Origin: Carcharhinus longimanus
Taxonomy: Eukaryota
NCBI GenBank assembly: GCA_030264375.1
Contig: JASCQW010000190.1
Span: 29,552,179 to 29,616,178, forward strand
Direction: 5' to 3'
DNA length: 64,000 nt
Numbering within the stretch: the first letter of the stretch is position 1; every line of letters starts with the position of its first letter. Below the pieces are notes generated by a model, which was not told the DNA's origin, searched no databases, and saw only the letters and a program-made list of their open reading frames with translations. A program made the translations under genes and the position numbers. Positions 13,154 through 25,900 of this stretch are shown one piece after another.

Positions 13154-13471
13154 ATAGAATTCTTACAGTGCAGAAGGAGGCCATTTGGCCCATCAAGCCT
13201 GCACAAAGAACAATCTCACCCAGACCCTTTCCCTGCGACTCCTGTATTTACTCTACTTGTCCCTCTGATAGTAAGGGGCAATTTAGCATGGCTAATTCAC
13301 CTAATCTGCACATCTTTGGACGATGAGAGGAAACTGGAAGGAAACCCGGAGGAAACCCGCGCAGACATTGGGAGCATGTGCAAACTCTGCACAGTGACCC
13401 GAGACCGGATTTGAACCTGGGTCTCTGGTGCTGTGAAGTAGCAGTGCTAACCACTATGCCACCGTGTCACC
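13154..13471 (-). mobile_element. HE1-like V-SINE with CR1-type tail
   Basis: atagaattcttacagtgcagaaggaggccatt..cccggaggaaaccc..gcagtgctaaccactatgccaccgtg. Confidence 0.87.
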
Positions 13472-16400
13472 ATACCTTCAAATGATAAGGGAACACTGGG
13501 GTGAGGGGAGAAAACAAATATTGCAATTGTTTATTTTGAATTCACATGCTTACTTAGCTTCAGATTTGCATTGAGCTAGGCTAAATTTCTGCATTCAAGT
13601 AGTGATACTGTCAAATAGATATTTGACCGATGAAGCTGACTCCAGAAAAATTTTGAAGTGCGCTGGCCCCTTGAATGTACAATACGAATCATATTCTCTA
13701 CAAAATACACATTATCGTAAATGACGGAACTAATTGTATTCAGTAATTTTCAGTAGAAAGTTTGAGTGGATTTGATTTGTTTTTCAGATAAATTTTGGTT
13801 GATTGGGACAATTCTTTTATGTGGTGGCTTTGATATTGTTTTGTGATTGATTAACATTATTTTTAAAACGGTGTTGGTATTTTTTTCCCAAAATATCACT
13901 ATTTTCTTGAGCCTCCATATTCCACAAGGGTAATATGGCCTGCACAGAAATTAATGCGACTGCTCCAGATTATTATGTAGTCCCCCCGCACCGCCCCCGC
14001 TCCCAATGTACTACCATGTTAGATTGCATAGCATTCGTTCCTGTGCAAACAGCACCAAGAGGAAAGTTGAAAATTCAATCTCAAGACTTCACAGGCAAAC
14101 TTAGCTGGAACTCCAGAAGGTCATCCAGCATTTGGTAGTTTAAGTTTTATGTAAATGATCTCAACAGACAAGACTTTGGGTCCTCATCCCATGGACAGCC
14201 CGCCAGACGCCTGTTAATTGTCTGAATGGCTCATAATTTATCGGCCTTCCAAAAAGTAGAAAAATTAGGCTTCATTTGTCAGCTCTCCACGCTGTTATAG
14301 CTACATATGCTTTCATTCTACGGGTTTTTAAGGCTGTGATATTGCAGGCAAAAGACTCTGCTTCTTATAATGTTAGAAAGGCTGAAAAATAAATTTACTA
14401 GGTCCGCCAAGAATTCTGTTACTCTGAATAGATACTTTTTAAATGTGGCATTTCCTAGACTAGAGCTACCCTTTCACTAGGCCATTATTCTGNNNNNNNN
14501 NNNNNNNNNNNNNNNNNNNNNNNNNNNNNNNNNNNNNNNNNNNNNNNNNNNNNNNNNNNNNNNNNNNNNNNNNNNNNNNNNNNNNNNNNNNNCTGAAACA
14601 CTCTCATGTAGGTTGCACTTAACCTGCTACTGTGCACCGAATGACAATATCTTACAGGCAACCAGTATAGTTGAAACAGCAGAGAAGAGGAGTGGAAACC
14701 TAGCAGATTGCATCACCTCACTGTTGCTACCATTGTCGTCAGGCTTCTGGGAATGAATGGAATTACTAACTGCTCTCACCCCAGAGCAGACTTTCTAGTA
14801 ATTAATTTCAGAGTGGAAATCAAGCATTACCACACCTGTCTTCACCCACCTGAATTACTCCACGGGTGTGCCTTAAGTCCAAAAGATATCGGGTACTGTA
14901 ATCTTTAATGTTGGCATTGGCACTCCCATATGAAACAGTTACGCAGCTAGATATTTATTGTTCAGTTATTATTGATTGAATAAATGACAATTGCTCAAGA
15001 TATTTCAATTTCTTTTGTACTTGATTAATGACAAGCTGAATAAATGGGTTCTAGTTTGTGTGGATTTTGATTCCCATAACAGGGGGCAGTGCCATTTTAT
15101 TTTTTAAATGTACCTCTAATGCATTAAGGAGTTGCATATTCTCATTTGAACACTAGATATTGACTGTGCTCTCCTGCAGGGAGAGACTGGAGATTATAGT
15201 TTGTCAAACGTATCACCAATATTACAAGCATTGTATCATTGCCAAGAATTGGAATGAGTGGGATTTAGTCAAAAAATAGCTTCAGGGGCTGGGGGAGCCT
15301 GCAGCTATAGAGGGGTCTTCAAAGATCTAAAAATTAATGCAAAAATTAAAATCATCTTAAGGAAACTGAAAATGCTTCTGGCAATAACAGACTGCAGCAT
15401 CTCAAAGTGCATTCTGATTTCTTTTAAGCAATAAGCACATTTATCTGGTGGCGCAGAGTGTGTGGGAGATGAACCCCGGATGCTTTCTTGAAGGTAGCTT
15501 CAATAATCCAAATTTATTGACGGCTGGAGGGTCCATCCACTTTGAAACAAATAATCAGACTTTTAATATTTTTTTTGCAGATATAGAAGTCGCTGTTTTG
15601 AAAGTGACAGGGTTGGCAATTTACACTATCAATTTTTTGCAAAAGAAATCAATAAATATTGCGCAATACCACCCTGTGTCATCTTTAAAAAGCAGCTGTT
15701 GTTCAATTAACCAAGTTTTAGACAGGCAGTTATTTACTAATTCAGAGCAAGAGTTGATGTCATTAAAAGCAATGCTCACCCTAAACAATCCATAAACCAT
15801 TCTACTCGCCCAAGTTTCTGCTTGCCGGGCACCACTTGAATGATTCAGTGTTACTGGCGGAAGAAAGAAAGCTTACAACACATAGGAAATAGGGAGTCAG
15901 ATGTGTTTAATGTAAATATGCTGTCAGATCCCTTTCAGTAAATGACATGAGCAGATGATTAACAGTGTTCTCAATAGTTTTTTGCATAATCTGCCAATTT
16001 AGTGGAACACTTCAACTATTCTCACAGAACATTAATTTTGTCATTTAAGATTTTGTAAATGTTCAACTATGAAGCTGTTATACGAATAAAACTATAGTTA
16101 CTACTTGTAGCAGTAAGAACCTATAAATCCCCAGATCGCTACATACTTGAATGCATTCTTGCTGGACAAGAAGAGTAGTTTTAGGGAGATAATATGCATT
16201 TTTTTTACTCTGCGCAGTCTACATATATCATACTTATTAAATGGAACTGCCAACATTGCTCATCATCATTTCAATGAAGTTTAAAAAAAAATTCAGACTA
16301 ACGTCTTAATTTACATTTTCAGGACTGACATAAAATATCAGGGTCAGAACAGGTGGGTAAAGATTCTGAAATTTATACATTCTTCATTATTCTGTAATAG

Positions 16401-16829
16401 TGAGTGATTTTTTTTTTACGAAAATGAAAACAAAGCAACTTAAAAGAGATAAAAAGGGAATCCAAACTCATGTCCCTTGGGTGTTCTAAGATCTATGAGA
16501 TTGTAAAAATTCTGTAGGATTTATGATTCATTTTATAGGTTTTTTAGAATTTATTAAAAAAAAGCTATGCTAAGAGCTTCATGGAGTCTGCAGAAATGCT
16601 CTGAATAATATCCTATGGAATATTCTGCACCGACTAACAAAGAGGGCTAATCTCCACTGGATTTGTGGGAAGTATCATTTTCTGTACTTCTCCATCCTGG
16701 CAGCTATGTATTGGTTTTACAGGCTTGTGATTCCATAAAGTGCTATTAAAAGATGCCTTCACTGTACAAACATTTAAACCTAACAATAAGGTGCTGACAT
16801 TCTCAAAACCTCTTCAAAATGTTACCAAC

Positions 16830-17395
16830 GAACAAAGGAAAGTACAGCACAGGAACAGGTCCTTTGGCCCTCCAAGCCTGCGCTGATCATGATGACCAAA
16901 CTAAACTTAAAAAAAACTTTTGCCCTTCCTCAGTCCATATCCCTCCCTAATCATGTACTCATCCAGATGCCTCTTAAATGTTGCTAATGTGCCTGCTCCT
17001 TAAAAGAGGCCACCAGCTCTGACAGCATGTCCCGGGCACTTATCACTCTCTGAGTGAAAAATTCCCTCCGCACTTTCCCCCTCTTACCTTGAACCTGTGC
17101 CTTCTTGTAATTGACACTTACACCCTGGAAAAAGTCTCTGGCTGTCCACCCTGCCTATGCCTCTCATAATTTGTATCTATCAGGTTTTTCTTCAGCCTCT
17201 GTCTTTCCAATGAAAGCAATCCTAGTTTATTCAACCTCTCCTCGTAGTCAACACTCTTGAGACCAGGCAACATCCTGGTGAACGACTTTTGCGCACTTTC
17301 CAAAGTTTCCATGCCCTCCTGCTGGTGTGGTGACCAGAACTGCACACAATATTCCAAATGCAGCCTAACATGATTTCCCAACTCTTGTACTCAAT
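16830..17395 (-). mobile_element. CR1-clade LINE 3' end
   Basis: ORF 17118-17381 reads VRLHLEYCVQFWSP..FTRMLPGLKSVDYEERLNKLGLLSLERQRL. Confidence 0.88.
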
Positions 17396-18336
17396 GTCCA
17401 CATCTTTTCATTTGGGATGGTGGAAGAACATAATTTGGAATCATACATGTGTGATGCATTGCATGTATAATGTAGTCATGCATGTATATGACAGTATGTA
17501 TGTATAGTGCAGTAACTCCACTTCTGCTATAATAAAGTAATAAAGAGAACAAAATTCCAAATGCACAAAAACTGAGTCAGGGCATGAACTTTGAAGATTT
17601 AATATGTTTTTTGAACTGGTAATGTGGAAAATAATGGGTCTTGAGATAAACAACTCTTCAGGGCCTGGTGGCTTTCCATGTTGGGGTACTAAGCAAAATA
17701 GAGGAAAAAATTGGAGATGCATTAGTCATAACATTCCAAAGATTACTAGTTTCAGAAATCATGTCTTTGGATTGGAAACTTGGAAATGATGCTCCATTAT
17801 GTATGAAGGGCGGGAGGAACTTGATTCAGACTCACCAGTTTACCATCAATTGTGAAATAAGTTATTGGAATNNNNNNNNNNNNNNNNNNNNNNNNNNNNN
17901 NNNNNNNNNNNNNNNNNNNNNNNNNNNNNNNNNNNNNNNNNNNNNNNNNNNNNNNNNNNNNNNNNNNNNNNGCAACAAAGTGACTATGCACTTGGATAGC
18001 CATCAGCATCAACGAGTATTGGCATGTGTTTACAAAGGCTAGGTTGTGTATGAGTAACCTGGTTGAACTTTTTGAGGAGGTGCATGGTGGACAGCGAAGT
18101 GTCAGTGGATGTTTTTGATGTGAATTTCCAGAAGACGTTACTTGATGAGTGTTGGCATGAGAGATTACTTGCAAAAATGAGTATGTATAGAATTGGAGGT
18201 AAACTTGTGACATGAATTGATAATTGGTCTGTAGGAGAATGAGAGTATAGGGATAAAGGAAACACTCTGGTAAGATATGATAAGTAGTGTTTCCTCAGGA
18301 ACTGTACAATGGTCTCAGCTTTTCAGTGTATATAAT

Positions 18337-18887
18337 GGGCCAGAATTTGCTGGCAACATAATGACGAGATTAATGCACACACTGTCATTAGTGATGTAAA
18401 TCGTTTGGCAATTTGTGACGAGTAAGAGTTACCCTGCTGGATGATTTGCACCATTCTATTGTGAACTTTGCAAAAACAGCAGCCGCCCTCAACCTCCCCC
18501 ATCAGTTTCAAGAAATTGCTGCATTTGTAAATGAATTACGTTTCTGAACATTTCTAACCTTAATTTTTTTCTTCCTTTTCCTTTCCATTTTTTCCTCTAT
18601 ATCTCAATTCAGTCTTTCCTTTGCTTTATTTCTCTTTCTGGACCTGATCTGACCTTAACGTACAATATTTCCCTCTACATTCCTCTGCTTCTTTCTCAAT
18701 CCTTGAATCTCATTGGTTAAGGATGGCTAGTTCTGTCATTCACAGAATTCCTAGATGTCCCATTGCCCCTCACTACATCATTGTCAGGTCAAATTTTCAG
18801 CAATTTCTGGCACACCTAAACATTGAGCAGAAGAGTGAGGGAGAAAGTTGAACATGATGAGATAACCCGCTTCAGAAAATCCTGGGC
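18337..18887. mobile_element. Non-autonomous TIR element nested in CR1
   Basis: Begins gggccagaatttgctg and ends cagaaaatcctgggc; the CR1 sequence resumes after it. Confidence 0.5.
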
Positions 18888-19289
18888 TTTTAATGACTTA
18901 GATGAAGGCGTGGAGAGCTGTATATCCGGTTTGTAGGTGGTTATGTGGAAGTTACAAAGATGCATGGACAGACTCAGTGAGTAGGCAAAATTATAACAAA
19001 TGGATTTCAATGGGGAATGAGTTTCCAATTCAAGAAAGAAAAATCAGAATATTTTCTGAATGATGAGAGACTGATCTGTGAAGTAGCAAAGGGAATTTAG
19101 ATGTCCATGGACCACAGATACAAAATAACAAAGAGAGAAAAGCTAACTGGACATTGCCCTTCATCTCATTCAAAACTGAGGAAAGGATGCTTCAGTTGTG
19201 TAGAGCCTTGCTGAAATCCCACATGGAGTGCTTCATTCAGTGTTGGGCACTGTGCAGTATACTGGGTGGGAAAGCACAGATGTTCCCAC

Positions 19290-19545
19290 TCTGATCTCTT
19301 GTTCATCCTTCACTCCCTTTACCTTATTATTAGTGACTGTGCCCTAAGTTGTGGAATTTGCTCTCTAAACTTCCCTACCTGTCTCTTTAAGACCTTCCTT
19401 AAAACCTATCTCTTGGACCAAGCTTGTCTGAATTAACCTGATGTTTCCCTTTTGGTTCCATATTAATTTTTGTCTGATTATATCCTGTGAAGAGTTTTGT
19501 GATGTTTTGCTATGTTAAAGGTTCTGCATAAATGCAAGTTTCAAT
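19290..19545 (+). mobile_element. L2-clade LINE 3' tail
   Basis: tttaagaccttccttaaaacctatctcttggaccaag..cctgtgaag..tatgttaaagg..ataaatgcaagt. Confidence 0.6.
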
Positions 19546-20959
19546 TGATTGTATCAGGGCTTATAGGAAGGATTAAGTTATGAGGATTGGTTGCATAAAC
19601 TTGGCTTCCACTCCCTTGAGTTTAGATGGTTGAGGAGTAATCCATTTTGAGGTATATAAAATGATTAAGGGATTCAGTGTGGTAGNNNNNNNNNNTTCTT
19701 CTGGTGGGGGAATCTGGAACGAGAAAAGAACCATATGCTGTAGACCTAGATCATTTTGGAGTGAAATCGTGAAATATCTTCCTGTACAAAGTATAGTGGG
19801 AATCTGGAACTAGTTTCTCCAAGGCTGTAGATGCCCCATCAATTGAAACATTGGAGAATATGATAGCTAGATTTTAGTTAGATAAGAATATCAAAGGATC
19901 TGGAGTGAAAATAAATAAATGAAATTGAGGTATGATCTAATTCAATAGAAGAATTCTATGATTCTACATATAAAGGCAATGAATGGTGAAGTTATGTTAC
20001 TAAAACTATTTATTAAGGTAATCAGGATGAGAGTGAAGTGCAGGAAAGATATTTTGTTTTAGGCCAAAATAAAGCCTTCACATCTAGAGTAGATTGTGCA
20101 CGTGTGTATGGATGTTTCCTGATTTGAGAATTGAGTAAACATAGNNNNNNNNNNTTCCCCAGAATCTACTGCTAATTGTATTCCTCTGGGTTGAACAGTG
20201 AGGTTGCAAAGTGCTGCTATGACTCAGGGATGTTTATGTAGGCTCTGTGGCAAGGCCTATCAAACAAAATCAGAATGTATTTATATAGAAACTCGTGCAG
20301 GAGTGAAGAATACAGCCTCATTGCAAGGTCCAGATAATATTTCAATTTTTATTTTGTAGCTTCTATTATCTGAACTCCACAATGCCAGCATCATATACTG
20401 AACTCTTACCAATGGAAGGTGCTTATACGGTGATTAAAAACTTCTAGTTTTTTTACTGAATAGAATGGCAGTTCTTTTTAAAGTGAAGTTATTGTCATTT
20501 ACAGTGAATTCAAATGTAGCAAAGCTCTGTTAAAACTGCAAAAGTGATGATGCTCTAATTCATGTACTGAGAGACTGCAGAGAATGAAACTCCAAAACTC
20601 TATTACCAGCCTTCACTGAGAAATAAAATTTGTAATCTCTTATTGTTTAACCAATCTGGAGAAGTGGAATACACGTTTGGTAATAAGATTGGTTATTACT
20701 TTAATGTTTGCAAAGAACCTGTTAACTTTTAATGAATTCCTTTGTCCATTATTTTAAATAGATTAACAGCTTTGTTAGAATAGTGGACAAAGGAATTTGA
20801 CATTTGTTCATTACTATTTCAACCCTGCTGAAAACAATGGATTACTGTTTCTTGTCATGAAGAGTTTAATATCTCTCTGCAATGAGGCCTTCAGTTGGGA
20901 GCTAATAACAGCAGAGGCGTGATGGGCTAAGCTTTCTCCTTCGGTGTTTAATTTCTGTG

Positions 20960-21420
20960 ATTCTACTGAGGACTTGAATATATAATCTATGTTGATAATT
21001 CAGTGTAAAACTAAGTGAGCTCTGATTTGTCAGAGATGGTTCAAAGACACTAAACCAAAGCTGCATCTGCAATTCCTCCGATTTGTTAAGTATCTCATGA
21101 CATGATTGGAAATAGAGCAGGGAGTTTCAACACCTTAACCAGTTGCAGCAAAATAGATTAACTGGGGTTTCATTTAATTTCTGTTGTGACATAGCTGTAT
21201 AAACAAAAAACAGGCTGTTGCTTTCACCCACATTTTAACAGTGGTCAAAGTAATGTATGTCGTAATGTGGGCCGGAATTCTCTGACCTCGCCTGTGGCTG
21301 GGATTCCCCAGTCCTGCTGTTTTGAATGGAGATTTGGCTGAGTACCAAATTCTCTGTTCTCATACGATACTGGAGAATTCTGACCATGGGTTCTTTAGAT
21401 ATCTCAATTATGAGATCTTG
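20960..21420 (+). mobile_element. Highly diverged DeuSINE-like element with a nested MITE
   Basis: Colinear similarity to the recalled Deu domain (taaaccaaagctgcatctgc..catgacatgattggaaatagagcagggagtt..atagattaactgg). Confidence 0.45.
21269..21385. mobile_element. MITE, second subfamily
   Basis: TIRs GGGCCGGAATTCTC / GAGAATTCTGACC; related copy at 22156. Confidence 0.65.
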
Positions 21421-21664
21421 AGACTTGAACGTTTAAGCATGGACTGTTTACTGTTAGTCTTTAACTATTTACAGATCCCAGGTTACTGTTATGCATGGAG
21501 CTGCTTCTCTATGCAAGTAGGCTGCCAAGGTGTTTCCTCTGAGTATATTACCATGTGGCTTTATGCATCATACTGTGCGTTCGTGGTGCCATTCCCACAT
21601 TAACCCTTGCTCTGCCGACCAAGCATTGCATTACAATGGCATGCAGGCCCCAGAACAATTCATT

Positions 21665-21793
21665 GGGCGGGATTTTCCAGCCGCGCTCAACCCAAAACCA
21701 GAAAATTCTGTCCGAGGCCAACAAACCTTTGCATGGTCTGCCCCCCCCCACCCACTATGATTCCTATGGTGGGCGGGACAGGAAAATTCCCCC
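21665..21793. mobile_element. 129-bp MITE
   Basis: TIRs GGGCGGGATTTTCC / GGAAAATTCCCCC; related copy in opposite orientation at 12633-12748. Confidence 0.7.
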
Positions 21794-22155
21794 AACACAA
21801 TATGAAGCACTTGGGATGTATCTAACAAATTTGACAAATCACAGTTGTACAGTTGAGGTACAGATCATCACAATCTAACTGAATGGCAGTACGTACTTGA
21901 GGAATTGAATGGTCTCCCTCTTATTTCTATGCTCCTCTGCAATATAAATCTAAATTTTGAGTTATGCATAAAAGATTACACTCCCAATAGTCACCCTGCT
22001 CCCTTCTACAAGAGAATACTTCTTTTGAAAGAAACACCATTACAATCCATACCTAAATGCAAATTTTATATAGAATGTATATTTAGTTACATTGCAATCA
22101 TATTACAAGCAATATACTGTAGGAGTTCCTGTAATTCTCAAAATCAAAAACGTGT

Positions 22156-22286
22156 GGGGCCAGATTTTCCGACATCGCCTGTAGCTGGGATTCTCCAGTC
22201 CCGCTACAGTGAACGGACATTTGGCTAAGCGCCAAATTCCGTGTTCTTGCTGGCAGTGTCGGCTGCACGGTTCGAGAAACAGGACC
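22156..22286. mobile_element. MITE related to 21269-21385
   Basis: Shares tcgcctgt.gctgggatt...cagtcc.gct..tgaa.gga.atttggct.ag..ccaaatt. Confidence 0.62.
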
Positions 22287-22709
22287 AGGATGTGGATTAA
22301 AAAAATCTAACTCTGAAGTTTGGTTCAGTTCTGCCTAAATCTGCCATTGTGTATCTATGAGATGGTAGAATTAGGGCCTAAATACTTAACAAGTGGGCAT
22401 TGGTTTCCATTGATTCATTGAAGGCTCAGTAATGGTTAAATATTGTTACAGATGTGATTTTCATTTTATAGTTGAGGAATTTAGAAATATGATCATAGTT
22501 GTAAAGACAGGAAGGAGACTGAATGATAAATCATTACAGGAAGAATTCAGAAGATTAAACAGGGCTGTTAATTTGCAACAGTATTCACCAAAGGTGACAC
22601 AAAACGAGCAAGAACCAGATTTTTCCTGAAATCCCTCCACTTTCTCCTTTTGAACTAGGGTGCAGTTTTATGGGTGGCTCCAGGAATGATTGTTGGATAT
22701 TTTTAAAAA

Positions 22710-22960
22710 TTTATTTATTAGCCACAAGTAAGGCTTGCAATGAAGTTCCTGTGAAATTCCCCCAGTCGCCACACTCTGGCGCCTGTTCGCGTCAATGCAC
22801 CCTAACCAGCACATCTTTCAGACTGTGGGAGGAAACTGTGGCACCCGGAGGAAACCCACACAGAGAATGTGGAAACTTCACACAGACAGTGACTCAAACT
22901 GAGAATCGAACCGGGTCCCTGGTGCTGAGGTAGCAGTGCTAACCACTGTGCCACCATGCA
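22710..22960 (-). mobile_element. HE1-like V-SINE, alternative-tail subfamily
   Basis: gactgtgggaggaaactgtggcacccggaggaaacccaca..gcagtgctaaccactgtgccaccatgc. Confidence 0.85.
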
Positions 22961-25900
22961 GGACCGCTTGTTCATTTTAACCTGGGGGCGCTGTAGCCCA
23001 CTGTAGGTCATTTTCCTTTATCTTGGCAGCTCAATACAAATTGAATCCAGGATCTTCCTGGTTTCTGTCCTAATCATCGATAAGCTCCCACGGTATTTAA
23101 ACTTCTTTGATTAAAATCAACCTAATAACCGGGAGGACTTTGTTACATCGATTGAGTGCAGACGGGCATATAGAATAACAGACAGGCTTTGTGAAAACTA
23201 GTGAACTGGACATCAAGACTAGTGAGCAGTGCTGAAGTGAAACAAGATTACCTCCCAGCTCTTTACTGTTGTGAATTTCTTACAAGAATGATGAGTTATA
23301 GTAGAAAGTTGCATTAATTTTTCATCAGTAATATACTTGATAGCCATTATTGCAGTCTGGAGTACTCTGAAATGTTTACTTTTAATCTTAAAAATTTCAA
23401 GAAACCACTGACCTCAGAATTCTAAGAGTCAGGTTTTGCTGCTGCAAGTGCAGTGGGATGGATGCTCCAGCCATCATCCTGACATAATCCTGAGCCATTT
23501 CCATTAATCTGGGTTGGTACCGTTTGCATCGAGGTTGGGAGACTTCTACTCCATTTGGTCAAATTTAGATTTTTGTTGCAGCAATCGATTACTCTGTGAT
23601 TAGAATCCAGCATGCTGAACTCTTACAGACCCCCCTCCCCTGCAATGCAAGCATAACAGCCTCATCCAGCCCTGTTAGCAGCACTGGAGGTGGACCGAGT
23701 GAGATTTCTGATGGCTGGCATTATCCTACTGATATAACATTGGCATGGAAGGAGGCAAGCACAGGAAACATTCAATGGTGGAAATTCATAATGCAGAAGA
23801 AAGGGGTTGGAGACCTTGGGTAACTAGGTCCTGTCCCATATTCCAACCAACCCACCAATTTACCACCAGTTTAACTCCTGTCAGCTCAATTCAAACATAG
23901 CCCGAATCAATAGAATGGAAGTTTTCTCCATAATGCAGCAAGTGGTATTATGATTGGAGTTAGTTTGGCTGTTTTAATTCAGTTGTTAATAGGAATTATG
24001 CACATCATTCAAGTGCCCATGATTTGACAGAGGCTGCAAGATTGGTGAAGTAAGAAGTGGAAAAGCATAATAGTGGTTTATCAGGAAAGTACAGAATAGA
24101 AGTTAGTGTTAAGGTGCATTGTTGAGGTTGAGTGCAAATGGTACATTATCTGATACAGCTCAGAGGTGGTTGTTTACCAATCATTATTTCCATCTCCAGG
24201 CCAGTTTGGACCATGTTGGCTTGGATGGGGGTGAAGTCTGGTCAGTGGACTAAATACTTTTATTGTGGCAATGAGGAAATATTCGGATCTGAGTTAGAAA
24301 CATGTTGCCGGTGGAAAATGTGCCAGTAAAATAATAACTTGCCTTTCAGTATAGCTTAGTTATGGTAGCGAGGAATGATCCAGAAATAAAGAGTTAATTG
24401 ACTTTGTCACAGTGATGCTAAAGGCACAACAATTGCCTCAGTGGTCTTTAGGACAGTATTAGGCTGAGCTTTGATGTTGCAGTGATTGAATAGCCATACT
24501 CAGACCACAGTTGAATAATATCCAAGATTTTGTTGAAGTGGTCATCAACTGATCATATCTCAGTGAAGAAGTCAGTAGATTTAGAAAAATTAAGGTTTGA
24601 GGAATAGAAATTGACCACAAAAAAGACAAAAAGAACTTCTCCAGTTATCATTTTTGTTGTGGCAGAATGCAAAGCATTTTTGCATAAGATAAAATGTAGC
24701 TATACATGAATTCCTACATTAAGTGATCTGTCCATTATTTTCCTCATTAGGGCAAGTCCTAAGTGTCATATTAGTGATTTATTAGGAGAAAATAATCTGA
24801 GGTGGTTTCCCATTGCCTTCCTTGCAGTTTTTATCTTCAGAGCACCTTTATCCACATGAGCTAATATGTCCCACTTATCATGTGAAGATGCATGTACTCG
24901 CACTCAACATCACCCTAACATCCAGAGTTGGTGCTCTGGTCTCCACTTGCAGTAGGAAGTTGGGCCAACCTTTCAGGCTGCGGGGTAGGAATAGCCAGCT
25001 GTCAATCCATACAGAAACAAAGACTCTATTCAATGTTAGTGCACTATTTCGAGACCGCACTTCAGATAGCTCCAGCAAGTGGAGACTAAAGTGAAGTGCA
25101 TACCCTTCGCCCTCTGACTGAGGCATAATGGCTGCAACAAAGCAAAGGTCCCTATAGTGATTTGAGTAAGGTTACTTTTCCTTTCACAGGTCAGAACCTG
25201 GAAGAAGAAGAAGCGATAGCTTTGCCGGGGGTCTGTGCCAGCTTCTTCNNNNNNNNNNNNNNNNNNNNNNNNNNNNNNNNNNNNNNNNNNNNNNNNNNNN
25301 NNNNNNNNNNNNNNNNNNNNNNNNNNNNNNNNNNNNNNNNNNNNNNNNTTCTTCCCAGGGCACATGACCAAGGACAGTGATGCAAAAAAGAATCTGGCAC
25401 AGGCTGTCTAGTTGTGGGTCAAGTGGCTGTCTTTTTTTGTCATCCAATGATTTTTCAGGTAAAATGAGTTTGTAACTGATGCAGATGATTGAAGTAATAG
25501 ATCACTACCACGAATAGATTGATAATTTTGACTGAGCTAAATACCACCCCAACCCCAATTAATCAGAGACTTGCATATTTTAATCTGTTACTGGCAGCAG
25601 TGTGATTTACCTAATGATTGGTTGACAGAGGAACCATCGTCAAGAATCTGTCACACCATCCACTGGAACATGGATATTGTCAACTCCCAGTTGCCGTCTC
25701 CAAATGGAATACTACTTTGCACTGCGCGTGCAGCAATATGATTAGTGTCATGCAAGCAACACTTTAAGTGACTACAGATTTTCAACATAAGACTTAACAC
25801 TTGCTTAACTAATACAGACCTAGACTTATCATGACTTATAAAAGGCTAGCCATACCATGTCCAAGCATTGATAATTTCTAGACCAACTACTGCAAAAAAA

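Larger units (their letters stand above)
17972..19945 (+). mobile_element. Fragmented old CR1 LINE (RT region to tail) with nested insertions
   Basis: SHQHQRV..KG..CMSNLVELFE and DFQKT motifs, agtgtttcctcagga, taatgacttagatgaagg, cacatggagtgcttcattcagtgttgggcac; interrupted at 18337-18887 and 19290-19545. Confidence 0.7.

Noticed and set aside
17668-18213. ORFs spanning N runs (also near 25.2, 39.6 and 45.9 kb)
   Set aside because: Their length is inflated by assembly gaps.
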